From: Acidilobaceae archaeon | Lineage (GTDB): Archaea > Thermoproteota > Thermoprotei_A > Sulfolobales > Acidilobaceae | Reading direction: 5' to 3' | Assembly (NCBI GenBank): GCA_038824665.1 | Contig: JAWBBK010000001.1 | Location: 192,001 to 256,000, forward strand | DNA: 64,000 nt | Shown here: positions 10,418 to 20,780 of the stretch, one piece after another | Position numbering within the stretch: position 1 is the first letter of the stretch | Layout: each line of letters begins with the position of its first letter | Translations under genes and position numbers: made by a program | Notes under the pieces: model-generated | What the model was told of the DNA's origin: nothing | Database searches by the model: none | What the model saw: only the letters and a program-made list of their open reading frames with translations

Positions 10418-11737
10418 CTAGACTCCTAAGTAAAGTTGATACTCATAGGGATGAGGTCTACTGCGTACAGCTAACGCTTCGTTTCTTTTGACCTCTATGT
10501 AAGCTTCTAAAAGACTTTGTGAGAACACAGGCTTCAGGTAGTTGTTATCAGATTCTAGCTCGTCAAGAGCTTCGTCGAGACTTCTCGGCAAGACCTCTAT
10601 GCCTTTTGCTTTAGCCTCACTCTTCTTCAGCTTGTAGAGGTTCTCGCTGACAGGCTCTCCAGGGTCTAACTTCTTTCTGATCCCATCGAGTCCAGCCATT
10701 ATCACAGCTGACACGGCCAAATAGGGGTTGGCTGAAGGATCGGCCATCCTAATCTCGATTCTCGTTTTGTTGTGATTGCTTGCATGAGGAATTCTAACCA
10801 TTGCAGTTCTGTTGTAGTATCCCCAAGCTATATAGACTGGAGCCTCATAACCTGCCACTAGCCTCTTGTAGCTATTGGTCGTAGGAGCGAGCAATGCAGC
10901 CAAGCTACGAGCATGTGCGAGAACTCCTCCAATGAAGTGAAGGGCTAAGTCGCTGAGCTTCTCTTCATCGGAAAACAGGTTCTTAGAAACGCTTCTATCC
11001 CAGAGACTCACGTGGATATGCATTCCATTCCCGTTATCTCCGTAGATAGGTTTTGGCATAAAGACAGCCTTGAGACCTACTCTTTCGGCTATGCTTCTAG
11101 CTATCCATTTAGAGGTCACCACGTTATCAGATGCTTTAACGACTCCTGCTGAACCCATGGATATCTCTATCTGTGACACAGCTACTTCGTGATGAGAGAC
11201 AGCTACTTTGATATCAAACAGCTCTAGAACTCGAGCCAGTTCGAGCCTGTATTCAAGCAAGGGGTCGTTCGGATAAGAGAGCTGGTAAGAGGCTTTCGGT
11301 AGCTCTCTAGGACTCAAAGGCAAGATCTTATAGCCTTGCTCGAAAAGAGGGTTCGAGTTACTGAATATCACGTTTTTAAAAACGTTGAACTCGAGCTCGA
11401 CTCCTACTCGAGCTTCTAGACCGTGAGACTCCAAGTGTTCGTTCGTTCTCTCTGCGACGAGTCTTGGGTCTTTTTCAAATCTAACTCCTGGAGGTGCATA
11501 GATCCTACAGAGAGTCCTGTAAACTCCCTGAAGCCATGGAACGGGCTTAAGCGTTTCTCTGTCGGGTTCAAGAAGCAAGTCGCTTCTTTCAACAGAGGCG
11601 AGTCCATATGCACTGCTACCGTCAAGACTAGCTGGAAACCTGGATCCATTCTCTAAAGAGTCGAATGGAACCTCTACGCTTCTGAGAATGCCCGCAAGAT
11701 CAGTATAGTGTAGTAAGAGCAACTTCTTAGGCTCCAA
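10418..11737 (-). CDS. glnA: Glutamine synthetase type I
   Basis: DGSS, HHEVA, FMPKP..DNGNGMHIH, NSYKRLVAGYEAP, RIEIR..DPSANPY. Confidence 0.93.
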   Translation of the reverse strand: MEPKKLLLLHYTDLAGILRSVEVPFDSLENGSRFPASLDGSSAYGLASVERSDLLLEPDRETLKPVPWLQGVYRTLCRIYAPPGVRFEKDPRLVAERTNEHLESHGLEARVGVELEFNVFKNVIFSNSNPLFEQGYKILPLSPRELPKASYQLSYPNDPLLEYRLELARVLELFDIKVAVSHHEVAVSQIEISMGSAGVVKASDNVVTSKWIARSIAERVGLKAVFMPKPIYGDNGNGMHIHVSLWDRSVSKNLFSDEEKLSDLALHFIGGVLAHARSLAALLAPTTNSYKRLVAGYEAPVYIAWGYYNRTAMVRIPHASNHNKTRIEIRMADPSANPYLAVSAVIMAGLDGIRKKLDPGEPVSENLYKLKKSEAKAKGIEVLPRSLDEALDELESDNNYLKPVFSQSLLEAYIEVKRNEALAVRSRPHPYEYQLYLGV

Positions 11738-11972
11738 GAGAGCCCGCAGGTCTTTTTCAGACTTCAGGGCTTATAACGGTTTCCGCGCCTTATCTCATAG
11801 AGGAACAAAATTCGTCATAAATAGGAGGCAGAAGCAGACTTTTGTCTAAATGAGAAAGTGGAACTTTCTGGATTACTAAAGAAGACCACTCTTAATTAAT
11901 TCAACAACCTATCAATAAAATTTTAAAAAGTTGCACGCGTTCTAGAACGACCGACTCGCCAGGGGTGAGTGC

Positions 11973-14012
11973 TTGACCTCGGAGTCTAAGGAGTTAGCGA
12001 TCCTAGGTGAACCTCTCCCCTTTGATGAATATCTACTTCCCAACGACGAGAAATGGAAGAGTAAAGTGATCAGCATAGAAGAATATAAGACAGTGCTCGA
12101 GAAAAGCCTCAAAGATTACGAGAGCTTCTGGGCTTCTGTAGCCAAAGAATTAGAGTGGTTCGAACCTTTCACTAAAGTCTATGAGCCTTCAGACGTCCCT
12201 TATGTATACAGGTGGTTTGTGGGAGGCAAGCTCAACATCTCCTATCTGGCTCTCGATAGACACGTTAAGACCTGGAGGAAGAACAAGGTAGCTATAATAT
12301 GGGAGGGAGAACCTGTAGACGAGAATGGAACTCCGAAAGAAGTCAAGAAGCTCACATACTTCGACCTCTGGAGAGAGGTGAACCGAGTAGCGTACATGCT
12401 TAAAACTAAGTTCGGTCTCAAGAAAGGCGATAGAATAGCGTTCTACTTGCCCATGATCCCTGAACTCCCCATATACATGCTCGCAGCTGCTCGTCTAGGT
12501 CTAATCTTTACGGTAGTGTTCGCTGGATTTGCTGCCGAGAGTCTAGCCACTAGAGTCAACGACCTTCAAGCCAAGGTCTTAGTTACAGCTGACGGGCTCT
12601 ACAGAAGAGGAAAGATGATAAGGCTCAAAGAAATAGCCACCAAAGCTCTAGAAGCAACTCCTTCAGTTGAGAAAGTGATAGTAGTCAAAAGGCTGGGACT
12701 AAACGATACGCCCATGCTAGAAGGTAGAGACTACTACCACGACGTCTTAATGAGAGACATTCCTCAAAACGTTTACGTAGAGCCTGAGCGCATGGAGAGC
12801 AACGAGCCTCTCTTCGTCCTCTATTCCTCAGGGACTACAGGAAAGCCTAAAGGGATAATTCACGACCATGTAGGTTATGCTGTTGGTCTTCACTACACGA
12901 TGAAAAACGTTTTCGATATAAGAGACGATGATATACACTTCTGCACGGCAGACATAGGCTGGATCACTGGTCACAGCTATGTGGTTTTCGGTCCGCTAAT
13001 AGCGGGAGCTACAGTAGTCATTTATGAAGGAGCTCCCGATTATCCCGAGCCTGACAGGTGGTGGTCTATAGTAGAAAGGTATGGAGTCACTATATTCTAT
13101 ACCTCGCCTACTGCTGTCAGAATGTTGATGAAGTATGGTGAGAGCTGGGTCAAGAAACACGATCTGTCTACCCTTAGACTGATACATAGTGTAGGCGAAC
13201 CGATCAACCCCTCTGCTTGGAGATGGCTTTACGAGGTCGTTGGAGGAAAGAGGTGTCCTGTAGGATCAACTTGGTGGATGACTGAAACGGGGGCTATCAT
13301 GATCAGCATAGCTCCAGGACTGGGACTAATACCGATGAAGTCCGGAACTAACGCTTTACCTCTAGCTGGTGTTGATGCAGAAGTTGTAGATGAACAAGGA
13401 AACCCCGCTCCGCCAGGTAAGAAAGGTTATTTAGTGATCAAGAGGCCATGGCCTAGCATGCCAGCTCCTCCTACAGGGCTTTGGGGAGACCCAGATAGAT
13501 ACGTTGCAACGTATTGGAGCAAGTTCCGGAACATGTTCTATACAGGAGACTATGCAGTTAAAGACAAAGACGGCTATATTTGGGTCTTAGGGAGAGCCGA
13601 CGAGGTCCTTAAGGTAGCAGGTCATAGAATAGGAACGTTCGAGCTGGAGTCTGTGATAACAATGCATCCAGCTGTAGCGGAGTCAGCAGTGGTAGGAGTC
13701 CCAGACCCGATAAAAGGAGAGGTCCCCGTCGCTTTCGTAGTCTTAAAGTCCGGTTATCAGCCTTCGTCTGAACTCGCTGCCTCGATTAAGAAGTGGGTCA
13801 GAGATAAGTACGGTCCTATAGGAGAGCCTGCCCACATAATATTTGTCAGCAAGCTACCAAAGACTAGAAGCGGTAAGATAATGAGAAGGTTGCTTATAGC
13901 TGTAGCCACGGGCAAGCCTCTTGGAGATATCTCGACTCTAGAAGACGAGACAGCTGTTGAAGAAGCCAAAGTAGCTTACGAAGAGCTGACTCGAGAGCTC
14001 AGCAAACATTAA
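11973..14012 (+). CDS. acs: AMP-forming acetyl-CoA synthetase
   Basis: YSSGTTGKPKG, CTADIGWITGHSY, TWWMTETG, LPKTRSGKIMRR. Confidence 0.95.
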   Translation: MTSESKELAILGEPLPFDEYLLPNDEKWKSKVISIEEYKTVLEKSLKDYESFWASVAKELEWFEPFTKVYEPSDVPYVYRWFVGGKLNISYLALDRHVKTWRKNKVAIIWEGEPVDENGTPKEVKKLTYFDLWREVNRVAYMLKTKFGLKKGDRIAFYLPMIPELPIYMLAAARLGLIFTVVFAGFAAESLATRVNDLQAKVLVTADGLYRRGKMIRLKEIATKALEATPSVEKVIVVKRLGLNDTPMLEGRDYYHDVLMRDIPQNVYVEPERMESNEPLFVLYSSGTTGKPKGIIHDHVGYAVGLHYTMKNVFDIRDDDIHFCTADIGWITGHSYVVFGPLIAGATVVIYEGAPDYPEPDRWWSIVERYGVTIFYTSPTAVRMLMKYGESWVKKHDLSTLRLIHSVGEPINPSAWRWLYEVVGGKRCPVGSTWWMTETGAIMISIAPGLGLIPMKSGTNALPLAGVDAEVVDEQGNPAPPGKKGYLVIKRPWPSMPAPPTGLWGDPDRYVATYWSKFRNMFYTGDYAVKDKDGYIWVLGRADEVLKVAGHRIGTFELESVITMHPAVAESAVVGVPDPIKGEVPVAFVVLKSGYQPSSELAASIKKWVRDKYGPIGEPAHIIFVSKLPKTRSGKIMRRLLIAVATGKPLGDISTLEDETAVEEAKVAYEELTRELSKH

Positions 14013-14067
14013 GATCTAAGTACCCCCCTTCTTTTTTAACACAAAGCATAAGAGATCGTTTCTCAGC

Positions 14068-14733
14068 TTATTTTTCAAGAAGTTTCGAGAGAGCTGAGAC
14101 TATAGGTTCTATCAGATCGTCGATATTTATCTCTCTTTTTCCGAAATCTATCACGCTAGGTCCTTCTACGTAACTCAGGAGAACTCCATCAGAATAGCTG
14201 ACTTCACGACAGTTACCGGAGCCCACAGGTATTCCTAACGCTTTAGCTATAGCTCTCTCCACAGAACCTCCGTGATCTAAAGGGATGCCACAAAGCCTCC
14301 AGTAGTCTATAGCCGCGGCTTTGAGGTCTAGCTCTAGCGATATTTCATAAAGAGCTGCTTTAATAAGACCTGAGTTGTTTGTGTGACCATTCACTATTGC
14401 GATTCTCTTCAGCTTCCAGCGAGCTATAGACTTAGCTATATCATGAATCACAGATAGAAAGGTCCCAGAGGACAAACTCACAGTTCCTAAAACTCTAGCC
14501 CATTCTGGTGAGAACCCGTAATATACGGTGGGAAAGACAATGCAGTAGCCTTTGCCTCTCTCTTCTAGTCTTTGACAGGCCAACCATGCTACTCTTTCAG
14601 CTATAAGCGCGTCAAGAGCTAGAGGGCTGTCACAGTGTTGTTCGATACTACCTACAGGGACTACAGCTATGACTTTCTCTTTCTCTAGTTTCTCTATAAA
14701 CACAGAGTCGAGAGTCCTCAGATCTAGCGGCAT
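14068..14733 (-). CDS. Creatininase family amidohydrolase
   Basis: PVGSIEQH, YGFSPE, VNGH, DHGG..E. Confidence 0.85.
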   Translation of the reverse strand: MPLDLRTLDSVFIEKLEKEKVIAVVPVGSIEQHCDSPLALDALIAERVAWLACQRLEERGKGYCIVFPTVYYGFSPEWARVLGTVSLSSGTFLSVIHDIAKSIARWKLKRIAIVNGHTNNSGLIKAALYEISLELDLKAAAIDYWRLCGIPLDHGGSVERAIAKALGIPVGSGNCREVSYSDGVLLSYVEGPSVIDFGKREINIDDLIEPIVSALSKLLEK

Positions 14734-15419
14734 TTTGCTCCGGCCTCAGTTAAAGCGCTGAGAGCTTCTAGGACTGCTGACCTAGGATCGCTAGCCCTAG
14801 TCACAGCAGATCCTATGATGACTATTCGAGCTCCAGCTTCTATGAGAGCTCTCATCTCTTTAGGTCTGACGCCTCCAGCGACGGCTACCGGTAGGTTGAA
14901 GGAGTCGGCTAGATTTCGGATCAGTTCAGTAAGGCTAGAGGCTCTAACACCTAGCGACCTCTGTACATCAATTCCAATATGAAGTAGAACGATGTTGAGC
15001 CCCCATCTTTGTATCGCAAGAACAGCCTCTATTGGGTCTTTTTGAGATATAGTATCCCCATAAACGTCTAAGTTCAAATCCCTAGCCGCTTCTGCAGCTG
15101 ACCTTAAGGTTTCGTCACTAGCTGTGGTAAGCACTGTGAAAGCATTTCCTCCAGCTTTCGCTACTATCTCTGCTTCTATCCTAGCAACGTCAGCTGTCTT
15201 AGTGTCAGCCACGATCAGAGAGTTTGGTCTTGCGCTTCTCAAAGCTCTTATTGAAACCATACCCCATGACTTGATGAGAGGAGTTCCAGCTTCTAACGCT
15301 ATCTCTCTCTTCTCAGGAAGCATTCTGACTATCTTGATAGCTTCGCTCAGACTTGAAAAGTCCAGAGCTATCTGAAGCAAAGCGTCACATTCGCGTAGAG
15401 CTTCGATCAGTCGCCCCAT
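14724..15419 (-). CDS. 3-hexulose-6-phosphate synthase (HUMPS/OMPDC family)
   Basis: LQIALD, EAGTPLIK, VADTKTAD, HIGIDVQ, AVAGG. Confidence 0.85.
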   Translation of the reverse strand: MGRLIEALRECDALLQIALDFSSLSEAIKIVRMLPEKREIALEAGTPLIKSWGMVSIRALRSARPNSLIVADTKTADVARIEAEIVAKAGGNAFTVLTTASDETLRSAAEAARDLNLDVYGDTISQKDPIEAVLAIQRWGLNIVLLHIGIDVQRSLGVRASSLTELIRNLADSFNLPVAVAGGVRPKEMRALIEAGARIVIIGSAVTRASDPRSAVLEALSALTEAGAKCR

Positions 15420-15478
15420 TAAATATCCCTAGTCCTCAAAGAGATTGAGGGAATTTATATGAAAAGGGTCAGCAACTC

Positions 15479-15820
15479 TCACAAAACAGGGTCTGCCACT
15501 ACTTTGTACTTAGCTCTCCACTCGTCTAAGGCTCTTTTTTCATTTTCAGCTAGAGCCCTCCCTATCCTATACCAGCCCTTAGTGGAAAGGACTTGAGTAT
15601 CGGCCTCTGAGGTTCTCTTTATAGCTCCTGTTGGACATACATTCACACAGAGAAAGTGATCCTTACATCTCTCCCACACAAGCCTAGACTTCATGTTATC
15701 ATCGAACTCAAGAGCGTTTTCGGGACACACCTCTATACAGGCTCCACAACCTATGCACAGATTATGGTCTATAGCTACTCTTTCGTAACGAGAGAGTTCA
15801 GACAAATCTTTACACCTCAC
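15479..15820 (-). CDS. 4Fe-4S ferredoxin-like protein
   Basis: CIGCGACIEVCP and CKDHFLCVNVCP; start codon uncertain. Confidence 0.85.
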   Translation of the reverse strand: MRCKDLSELSRYERVAIDHNLCIGCGACIEVCPENALEFDDNMKSRLVWERCKDHFLCVNVCPTGAIKRTSEADTQVLSTKGWYRIGRALAENEKRALDEWRAKYKVVADPVL

Positions 15821-15883
15821 ACTTTAAGGGTCTCAAAGTTTAAGAGCGTTAGCTTAGAGGAAACTGATAAGATAGTAGGTCTT

Positions 15884-16885
15884 TCAGACTCTAGGAGTCA
15901 ATGGGGCTGGACTCTCGCTAAGACACTTCATAGTTCCCGATTCTACGACTTCAGGGTTTCTAATCTTGAATCTCTCATCGTAGAGTACGAGTCCCCTCTC
16001 GTGGTATCCTCGAGCCTCCCAGAAGCCGTCAGTATACCTTTTGAGCACGGCTAGGAGCTTGACTCTCTTGACCCACTTCCACCCGAAGAGATCAGGTAAC
16101 ACTAGCCGAGGCGGGGTTAGCCTAGCGTTCACCTTAGCTAGCGCTATAAAGCCGCTTTCGAGAACGCTAGCTGGAGCTACAGCACTGTATCCTTTATCGC
16201 TAACTGCATAGAGCCAGTCCTCTCTCTGAACTCTCTTTACTATGTCGTAGAGTCTGACTAGATAGAGGGAGAGTCGTGACGACCATCCCTCAACACAGTG
16301 GAGTTCTATGTTCGAGTTCTGAGCCAAATCAGCTAACTCTTTCAAACTCACGTTGAATGTAAAGTCTCTTAGCTCGATCGAAATCTTCCAGCTCTCAACG
16401 ACTTCCTGAGAGGGAAGGCCTTCAACGTAATACACAGCCGGTTTAGGAACCCATTCTTGAAAAGGTCCGCTCTCTATTGGTCTCTCGAGAAGCGTTAGCG
16501 GCAAGACTTCTCCTGTCTCAAGAGTCTCTCCTTCAGTTAATGACTTCCTGACTTCTTCAGGAAGTTTTTCCAAAAGGTAACCTTTGAGAACTCCGGCTAC
16601 TACAAGAGGACTTGTGCAATACTCGATTACTCTAATCTCTCCTGCTGTTGTCTCTTCGAAGTTGGCGGAGAACTTGAAGAGGTTAAACCTTCTAGCTACA
16701 AACTCCCAGCTCTCAGGTCCTGAAGACTTGAAGTTCGTCTTCAGAAGCTTTGAGATCAGCTCGAGAGACTCAGAGGCTAGTCTGGTTATAGCGGAGCTGC
16801 TCTCAATTCGACCGCTTACGCTACACGTGAAGACGATAGAACTGAGGAACTCGTTGTAGTAAACGCTACAACCGAGAACGCCCAC
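15884..16885 (-). CDS. Sulfite-oxidase/MsrP-family molybdopterin protein with N-terminal extension
   Basis: HCVEGWS, PPRLVLPDLFGWKWVK, GFWEARGYH. Confidence 0.8.
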   Translation of the reverse strand: MGVLGCSVYYNEFLSSIVFTCSVSGRIESSSAITRLASESLELISKLLKTNFKSSGPESWEFVARRFNLFKFSANFEETTAGEIRVIEYCTSPLVVAGVLKGYLLEKLPEEVRKSLTEGETLETGEVLPLTLLERPIESGPFQEWVPKPAVYYVEGLPSQEVVESWKISIELRDFTFNVSLKELADLAQNSNIELHCVEGWSSRLSLYLVRLYDIVKRVQREDWLYAVSDKGYSAVAPASVLESGFIALAKVNARLTPPRLVLPDLFGWKWVKRVKLLAVLKRYTDGFWEARGYHERGLVLYDERFKIRNPEVVESGTMKCLSESPAPLTPRV

Positions 16886-16959
16886 AAGCCATTCCTAAGA
16901 AGTAAGAGAGTCTAGAATCTTTTTATAAGCCTCATAGAGCTGTAAGCAGGGGCTCACAG

Positions 16960-17730
16960 ATGAGAGTCTGGAAGCTCATAGCGGCTTTTTTGGCGTTGCT
17001 AACCGTAGTCTCGGCTGTGACAGGGATTTGGGTTTATATGGAACATATATCTCCAGCTCGAAAGCTAGCGGAGGTGAAGGACTACTCCGACTTGCTTTCA
17101 AGAGTTTCAGAGATAGTTTACACTCTTTCTTACGATAACGAGGAACTCAGAGTACATGTGGTCTGTGAAGGAGACTGTAGAAAAGGAACAATAGAAGTTT
17201 ATGATGTCAATGGAACTCCAAGATACTCTATAGTGTTCGAGTACAGAGATAAGATCTTTCTGGCTAAGATGGTCTACGCTAATGGAACCTCGATAGTTTT
17301 AGATCCTATTAAGTATGCAGATGGACTAGCGGGAGGCATTGTGTTTGAAAGAGATGCCAATGGAACAGTAGTAGAGGTCGAGATATTCCCTGGTCTCGTT
17401 CCTCTCTTGTTGCCGTACCATCTTGGTCTCAAGAGAGGAACTGACTGGAACTCTATAGCCAAGCTCAGAGACGGTTTGACCCTGACTACTCCTTCGTTCT
17501 TAAAGACAGAGGTCGAGGGCAAAAGCTATAGAGGGCTAGGGCTATCTTTTGAAGGCTATGGGGTTTACTTAGCGAACCACGAGTGGTTTGCTCCGAGCTT
17601 CGATATTGTCTTGGTCTCAGTCGAAGATGTTCCCGTAGCGTCATCTATTAGGGCTCTTGTACCAAAGCCGGGGTTCAGAGAGACGATCGAAGTTCAGATC
17701 ACTTTAGAGTCCTTAAAGAGAGCTAGCTAA
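16960..17730 (+). CDS. Hypothetical membrane-anchored/secreted protein
   Basis: N-terminal hydrophobic helix; several N-glycosylation sequons (NGT). Confidence 0.7.
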   Translation: MRVWKLIAAFLALLTVVSAVTGIWVYMEHISPARKLAEVKDYSDLLSRVSEIVYTLSYDNEELRVHVVCEGDCRKGTIEVYDVNGTPRYSIVFEYRDKIFLAKMVYANGTSIVLDPIKYADGLAGGIVFERDANGTVVEVEIFPGLVPLLLPYHLGLKRGTDWNSIAKLRDGLTLTTPSFLKTEVEGKSYRGLGLSFEGYGVYLANHEWFAPSFDIVLVSVEDVPVASSIRALVPKPGFRETIEVQITLESLKRAS

Positions 17731-17847
17731 GAGACTAGAAAGCTGTTTTATCAAAGAGAGTTTTGCTTAGATTTCATGAAAAGCGCGCTAGTGAGGAAGT
17801 CTGTGAGAAGCCTAAAAGCTTTCGCACGTTAGGAAAGAGCTTGGAAC

Positions 17848-17964
17848 GCCGCCGTAGCTCAGCCCTGGTTAGAGCGCCGGACTCATACGGCCCGCAGAAC
17901 CGGAGTTGAGAAATGGGCCTGGGGGATCCGGAGGTCCCGGGTTCAAATCCCGGCGGCGGCACCA
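17848..17964 (+). tRNA. Elongator tRNA-Met(CAT) with 38-nt intron (17888-17925) at 37/38; CCA encoded
   Basis: GCCGCC acceptor stem, CCGGA-CT-CAT-A|intron|A-TCCGG; BHB central helix CTCA/TGGG with 3-nt bulges. Confidence 0.93.
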
Positions 17965-18071
17965 CCGACCCTACAGAACTCTTCACACTCTTCGCATCGA
18001 CCCAGCGCTAAGGACAAGTCTAGAGTCCTTAGCCTCTAGCTTGTAGAACACAACTGGAGGCGCGGCTTAGC

Positions 18072-18380
18072 GTGAGTTACGAACTAGAACCTCTACTTCC
18101 AGCTATTGCTGGTTTGGCTCTAGGTATGATCGTAGGCTATGCAGTCACTAAATTAACACTTAAGGTTTTGAAATACATAGCGATAGCGGTGCTCCTAGCT
18201 GTTTTAGGGTCGATCGCTTTACAGCTAGAAGTTGGAACGGAGATCTTTCGTGCTTTTGAGTCCGTGATCTCTGTAGCTGATACAACTCTAAGGTTAGCAG
18301 AGGCTTTAGTTAGGACTCTTTTAGAAACTCCTCTCTTTATTGGTTTCTGTCTCGGTGTTCTGTTAGCTATACTCAGATGA
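18072..18380 (+). CDS. Small membrane protein (FUN14-like)
   Basis: GLALGMIVGYAV..K pattern with 3 hydrophobic segments. Confidence 0.6.
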   Translation: MSYELEPLLPAIAGLALGMIVGYAVTKLTLKVLKYIAIAVLLAVLGSIALQLEVGTEIFRAFESVISVADTTLRLAEALVRTLLETPLFIGFCLGVLLAILR

Positions 18381-18438
18381 CCTCGCTCTCCTTGTGTAAA
18401 GTTACTCATTAACACATCTTAGCAGAAGCGGAGAGTTC

Positions 18439-18537
18439 TGGAGCCGCCGGCGGGATTTGAACCCGCGACCACCGGCTTACAAGGCCGGCGCTTTCGGCCC
18501 GCGCAGGCTTTGGTCTACCGAGCTGAGCTACGGCGGC
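18439..18537 (-). tRNA. tRNA-Thr(TGT) with 22-nt non-canonical D-arm intron (about 18493-18514)
   Basis: GCCGCCGTAGCTCAGCTCGGTAG|intron|AGCG-CCGGC-CT TGT AA-GCCGG...GTTCAAATC...GGCGGC TCCA. Confidence 0.92.
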
Positions 18538-18580
18538 TCCTTCTTTTTACTTATTCTTTTCAACTCGCTTTTAACGTTTG

Positions 18581-19228
18581 CTATTTACGACTGCCACCAC
18601 GTTTCCTGCTGTTCAGGGCTAGACGTAGAGTCAGGCTTAGCGAGACTCCTAAGGATATAGTGAGGATGGCTAAAGAAAGCCTGGCATACATCAGAGCTTC
18701 TTCTAGCACGCATAGAGAGTCTCCAATACATCTAAACACTCGAGGCTCCTCGCTTCCGAAAAGAAGGGGGACGTTCTCTGAGGGGCTGGTCTTAGCTATT
18801 TTCTCCCAGAACTGCAGTTCGACGTTAGCTCCTTCCACAACAGCTAGCAGATAGCCGTCTCTGAAAACTAGCGTTAGAGGGACTCCGCTGACTATCCCTA
18901 TGAGACCAGACCTCTGAAGGAAGTTTACTAGCTTCTCGTAACAGTCCTCTTGTTTAAGGATGTCGCACTCTACGTAAGAGCTTGGGTACTGCTCGCTAAA
19001 GAATCGAAGCTGACGAGCGCAATAGGGGCAACCCTCTACTACAAAGCAGAAAAACGTCAATCCTCTTTCAGAAACCCCTAGACTTTCTCCAAGGGACTTC
19101 TGATCTTCAAGCTTCATCTCAAAACCTTTCACGGCTTCTATTCGGGCCGGGAGAGGCCATAGGAGCAGAAGTGCCGCTAGAACGAAAGCGACTGCTAGCG
19201 GTAGGAGAGTTATTCTAGTAGAGGTCAC
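18581..19228 (-). CDS. Membrane-anchored thioredoxin/glutaredoxin-fold protein
   Basis: Signal/TM segment, CPYC active site, GVP cis-Pro motif, C-terminal TM. Confidence 0.75.
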   Translation of the reverse strand: MTSTRITLLPLAVAFVLAALLLLWPLPARIEAVKGFEMKLEDQKSLGESLGVSERGLTFFCFVVEGCPYCARQLRFFSEQYPSSYVECDILKQEDCYEKLVNFLQRSGLIGIVSGVPLTLVFRDGYLLAVVEGANVELQFWEKIAKTSPSENVPLLFGSEEPRVFRCIGDSLCVLEEALMYARLSLAILTISLGVSLSLTLRLALNSRKRGGSRK

Positions 19229-19283
19229 ACAAGTTCCCCACAGCGAGCGCTAAGCCTTTCAGCTACTTATCTCTATACTAGAG

Positions 19284-20684
19284 CTAGCCCAAGAATCCTC
19301 TTATCCTACCGAGAGCCAGAGCTACGGCTTCAGAGGGACCTAATGAAAGTATTGTCGCATATGTTTCGTTTCTCTCAGGCTTGATCCCTAAGATGTCTAG
19401 AGCGTTATTCACTGTATTCACTATATTCGAGCCCAACCTCTTCTCTACGGCTTGAGGTACGTAAAAGAGAGAATCGAGATTCCACTCTCTTTCTAGGCTC
19501 GGTAGGATTTTAAGCAGATCATCGAGAAAGCCTTCGTTGTATGCTTGCACAATGAAGCTAGCGTCTAATAAAGTAGGAGGTAGACCTAACAAGTACCAGG
19601 TAGAGGTATATATTATAGCTCGCGGCATATGGAAAGGTCCGTTGTCGCTTTCTATAACCCTTCCGTAGGTCTTCCATGAAACCCTGTCTCTAGTCGTTGG
19701 GATATGCTTGGCGAAGTCTGAAACTGTTGTAGCGTATTTAGCGAGAAGACTTCTATATGCCGAACGTGCTTTTTCAGCTATGCTAAGAGCTTCATCTTCG
19801 ATTTTTCTCGATACTTCATCAATCTTCTCGAGTATTGTCATCCTGACCTTGTTGTAATCGTTCATGCTAACATCGTAACGCACAGCGGATTGTACGGTTG
19901 CAGTTGAGTAACCTGAGTACTGCTCCACTTCAACATCGACGAGTTCGGGATTGTTTATACCTCCTCTAAAAGGAGGAGAACCCATACCTATGATCGGCTT
20001 GACCGACAAAGAGAGACTCGTCGAGAGGTCGTGGAGTCTATTTAAAGCGTGAAGTAAAGCTATAGCTGAAGCTATGTGTCCGCTTTTGACAGCGGTGTCG
20101 CTCTTCCCTAGAAATATCCTTACATAGCCTAGGTCTTCCTGTTCTGTTTGTAATGCTACTTTAAGAGCTTCAGCTATAGAACTGGCTCTAGTCAGTGACT
20201 CATAACTTTCAAGCAACGGGACTAGCACTACAGGCTCGACCTTTATGTTGAACTCTTCATTGAAGAGACGAGTCTTCTTCGTCAAGATTCTCTGAATGAG
20301 AGCTACTAGCTCTCCAGATTCTGTCATTGGGAGAACTACCCATCTGACAGCCTGGACTCCTCCGTTCTTCATAGAATAATAGTTAGCTACTAGAGCCGCC
20401 TCTATAGAAAGCATCACTCTATCGATCTCTTCTAGCTGAGGGTTGGGAATTCTGACCGTAAGATAAAAACTTTCTCCTAGGTCTATGTTATGTGCTAAGG
20501 CTTTTTCAACTATGTCTTTGGGTTGTGAGTAAGGAGTCAGCTTACCTTCGTAATCTATCATGACCTCTTCGCATCCGTAGTGTATTCTAGCTTGGATAGC
20601 TTCAGTTATCTCGTCTTGAGCGGAGAGCCTAATCGTAGAGTCTGGATGTTGTGTACACATCAGCCTAGGAGTTCTTACTCCCAA
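19284..20684 (-). CDS. ppcA: Archaeal phosphoenolpyruvate carboxylase
   Basis: MCTQHPD, DYEGK, RIFLGKSD, GMGSPPFRG, TVQSA. Confidence 0.93.
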   Translation of the reverse strand: MGVRTPRLMCTQHPDSTIRLSAQDEITEAIQARIHYGCEEVMIDYEGKLTPYSQPKDIVEKALAHNIDLGESFYLTVRIPNPQLEEIDRVMLSIEAALVANYYSMKNGGVQAVRWVVLPMTESGELVALIQRILTKKTRLFNEEFNIKVEPVVLVPLLESYESLTRASSIAEALKVALQTEQEDLGYVRIFLGKSDTAVKSGHIASAIALLHALNRLHDLSTSLSLSVKPIIGMGSPPFRGGINNPELVDVEVEQYSGYSTATVQSAVRYDVSMNDYNKVRMTILEKIDEVSRKIEDEALSIAEKARSAYRSLLAKYATTVSDFAKHIPTTRDRVSWKTYGRVIESDNGPFHMPRAIIYTSTWYLLGLPPTLLDASFIVQAYNEGFLDDLLKILPSLEREWNLDSLFYVPQAVEKRLGSNIVNTVNNALDILGIKPERNETYATILSLGPSEAVALALGRIRGFLG

Positions 20685-20780
20685 ATAGAGCCCAAACCGA
20701 GGCTAAAGACCAGAGCCTAAATCGCTTTCTTTAGCTAACAGTCTAAAACGTTAATAGAGATGGCTTTCCAAACAAAGAAG

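Noticed and set aside
11787-11818. Possible C/D sRNA (ATGACGA...ATGA) upstream of glnA on the minus strand
   Set aside because: No convincing C' box or correctly spaced D box; the region is better explained as promoter.
17774-17986. 70-aa ORF (also 18457-18660)
   Set aside because: These are antisense shadows of tRNA genes.
17848-18537. tRNA pair as an integration site for a mobile element
   Set aside because: No integrase and no duplicated tRNA fragment in the window.
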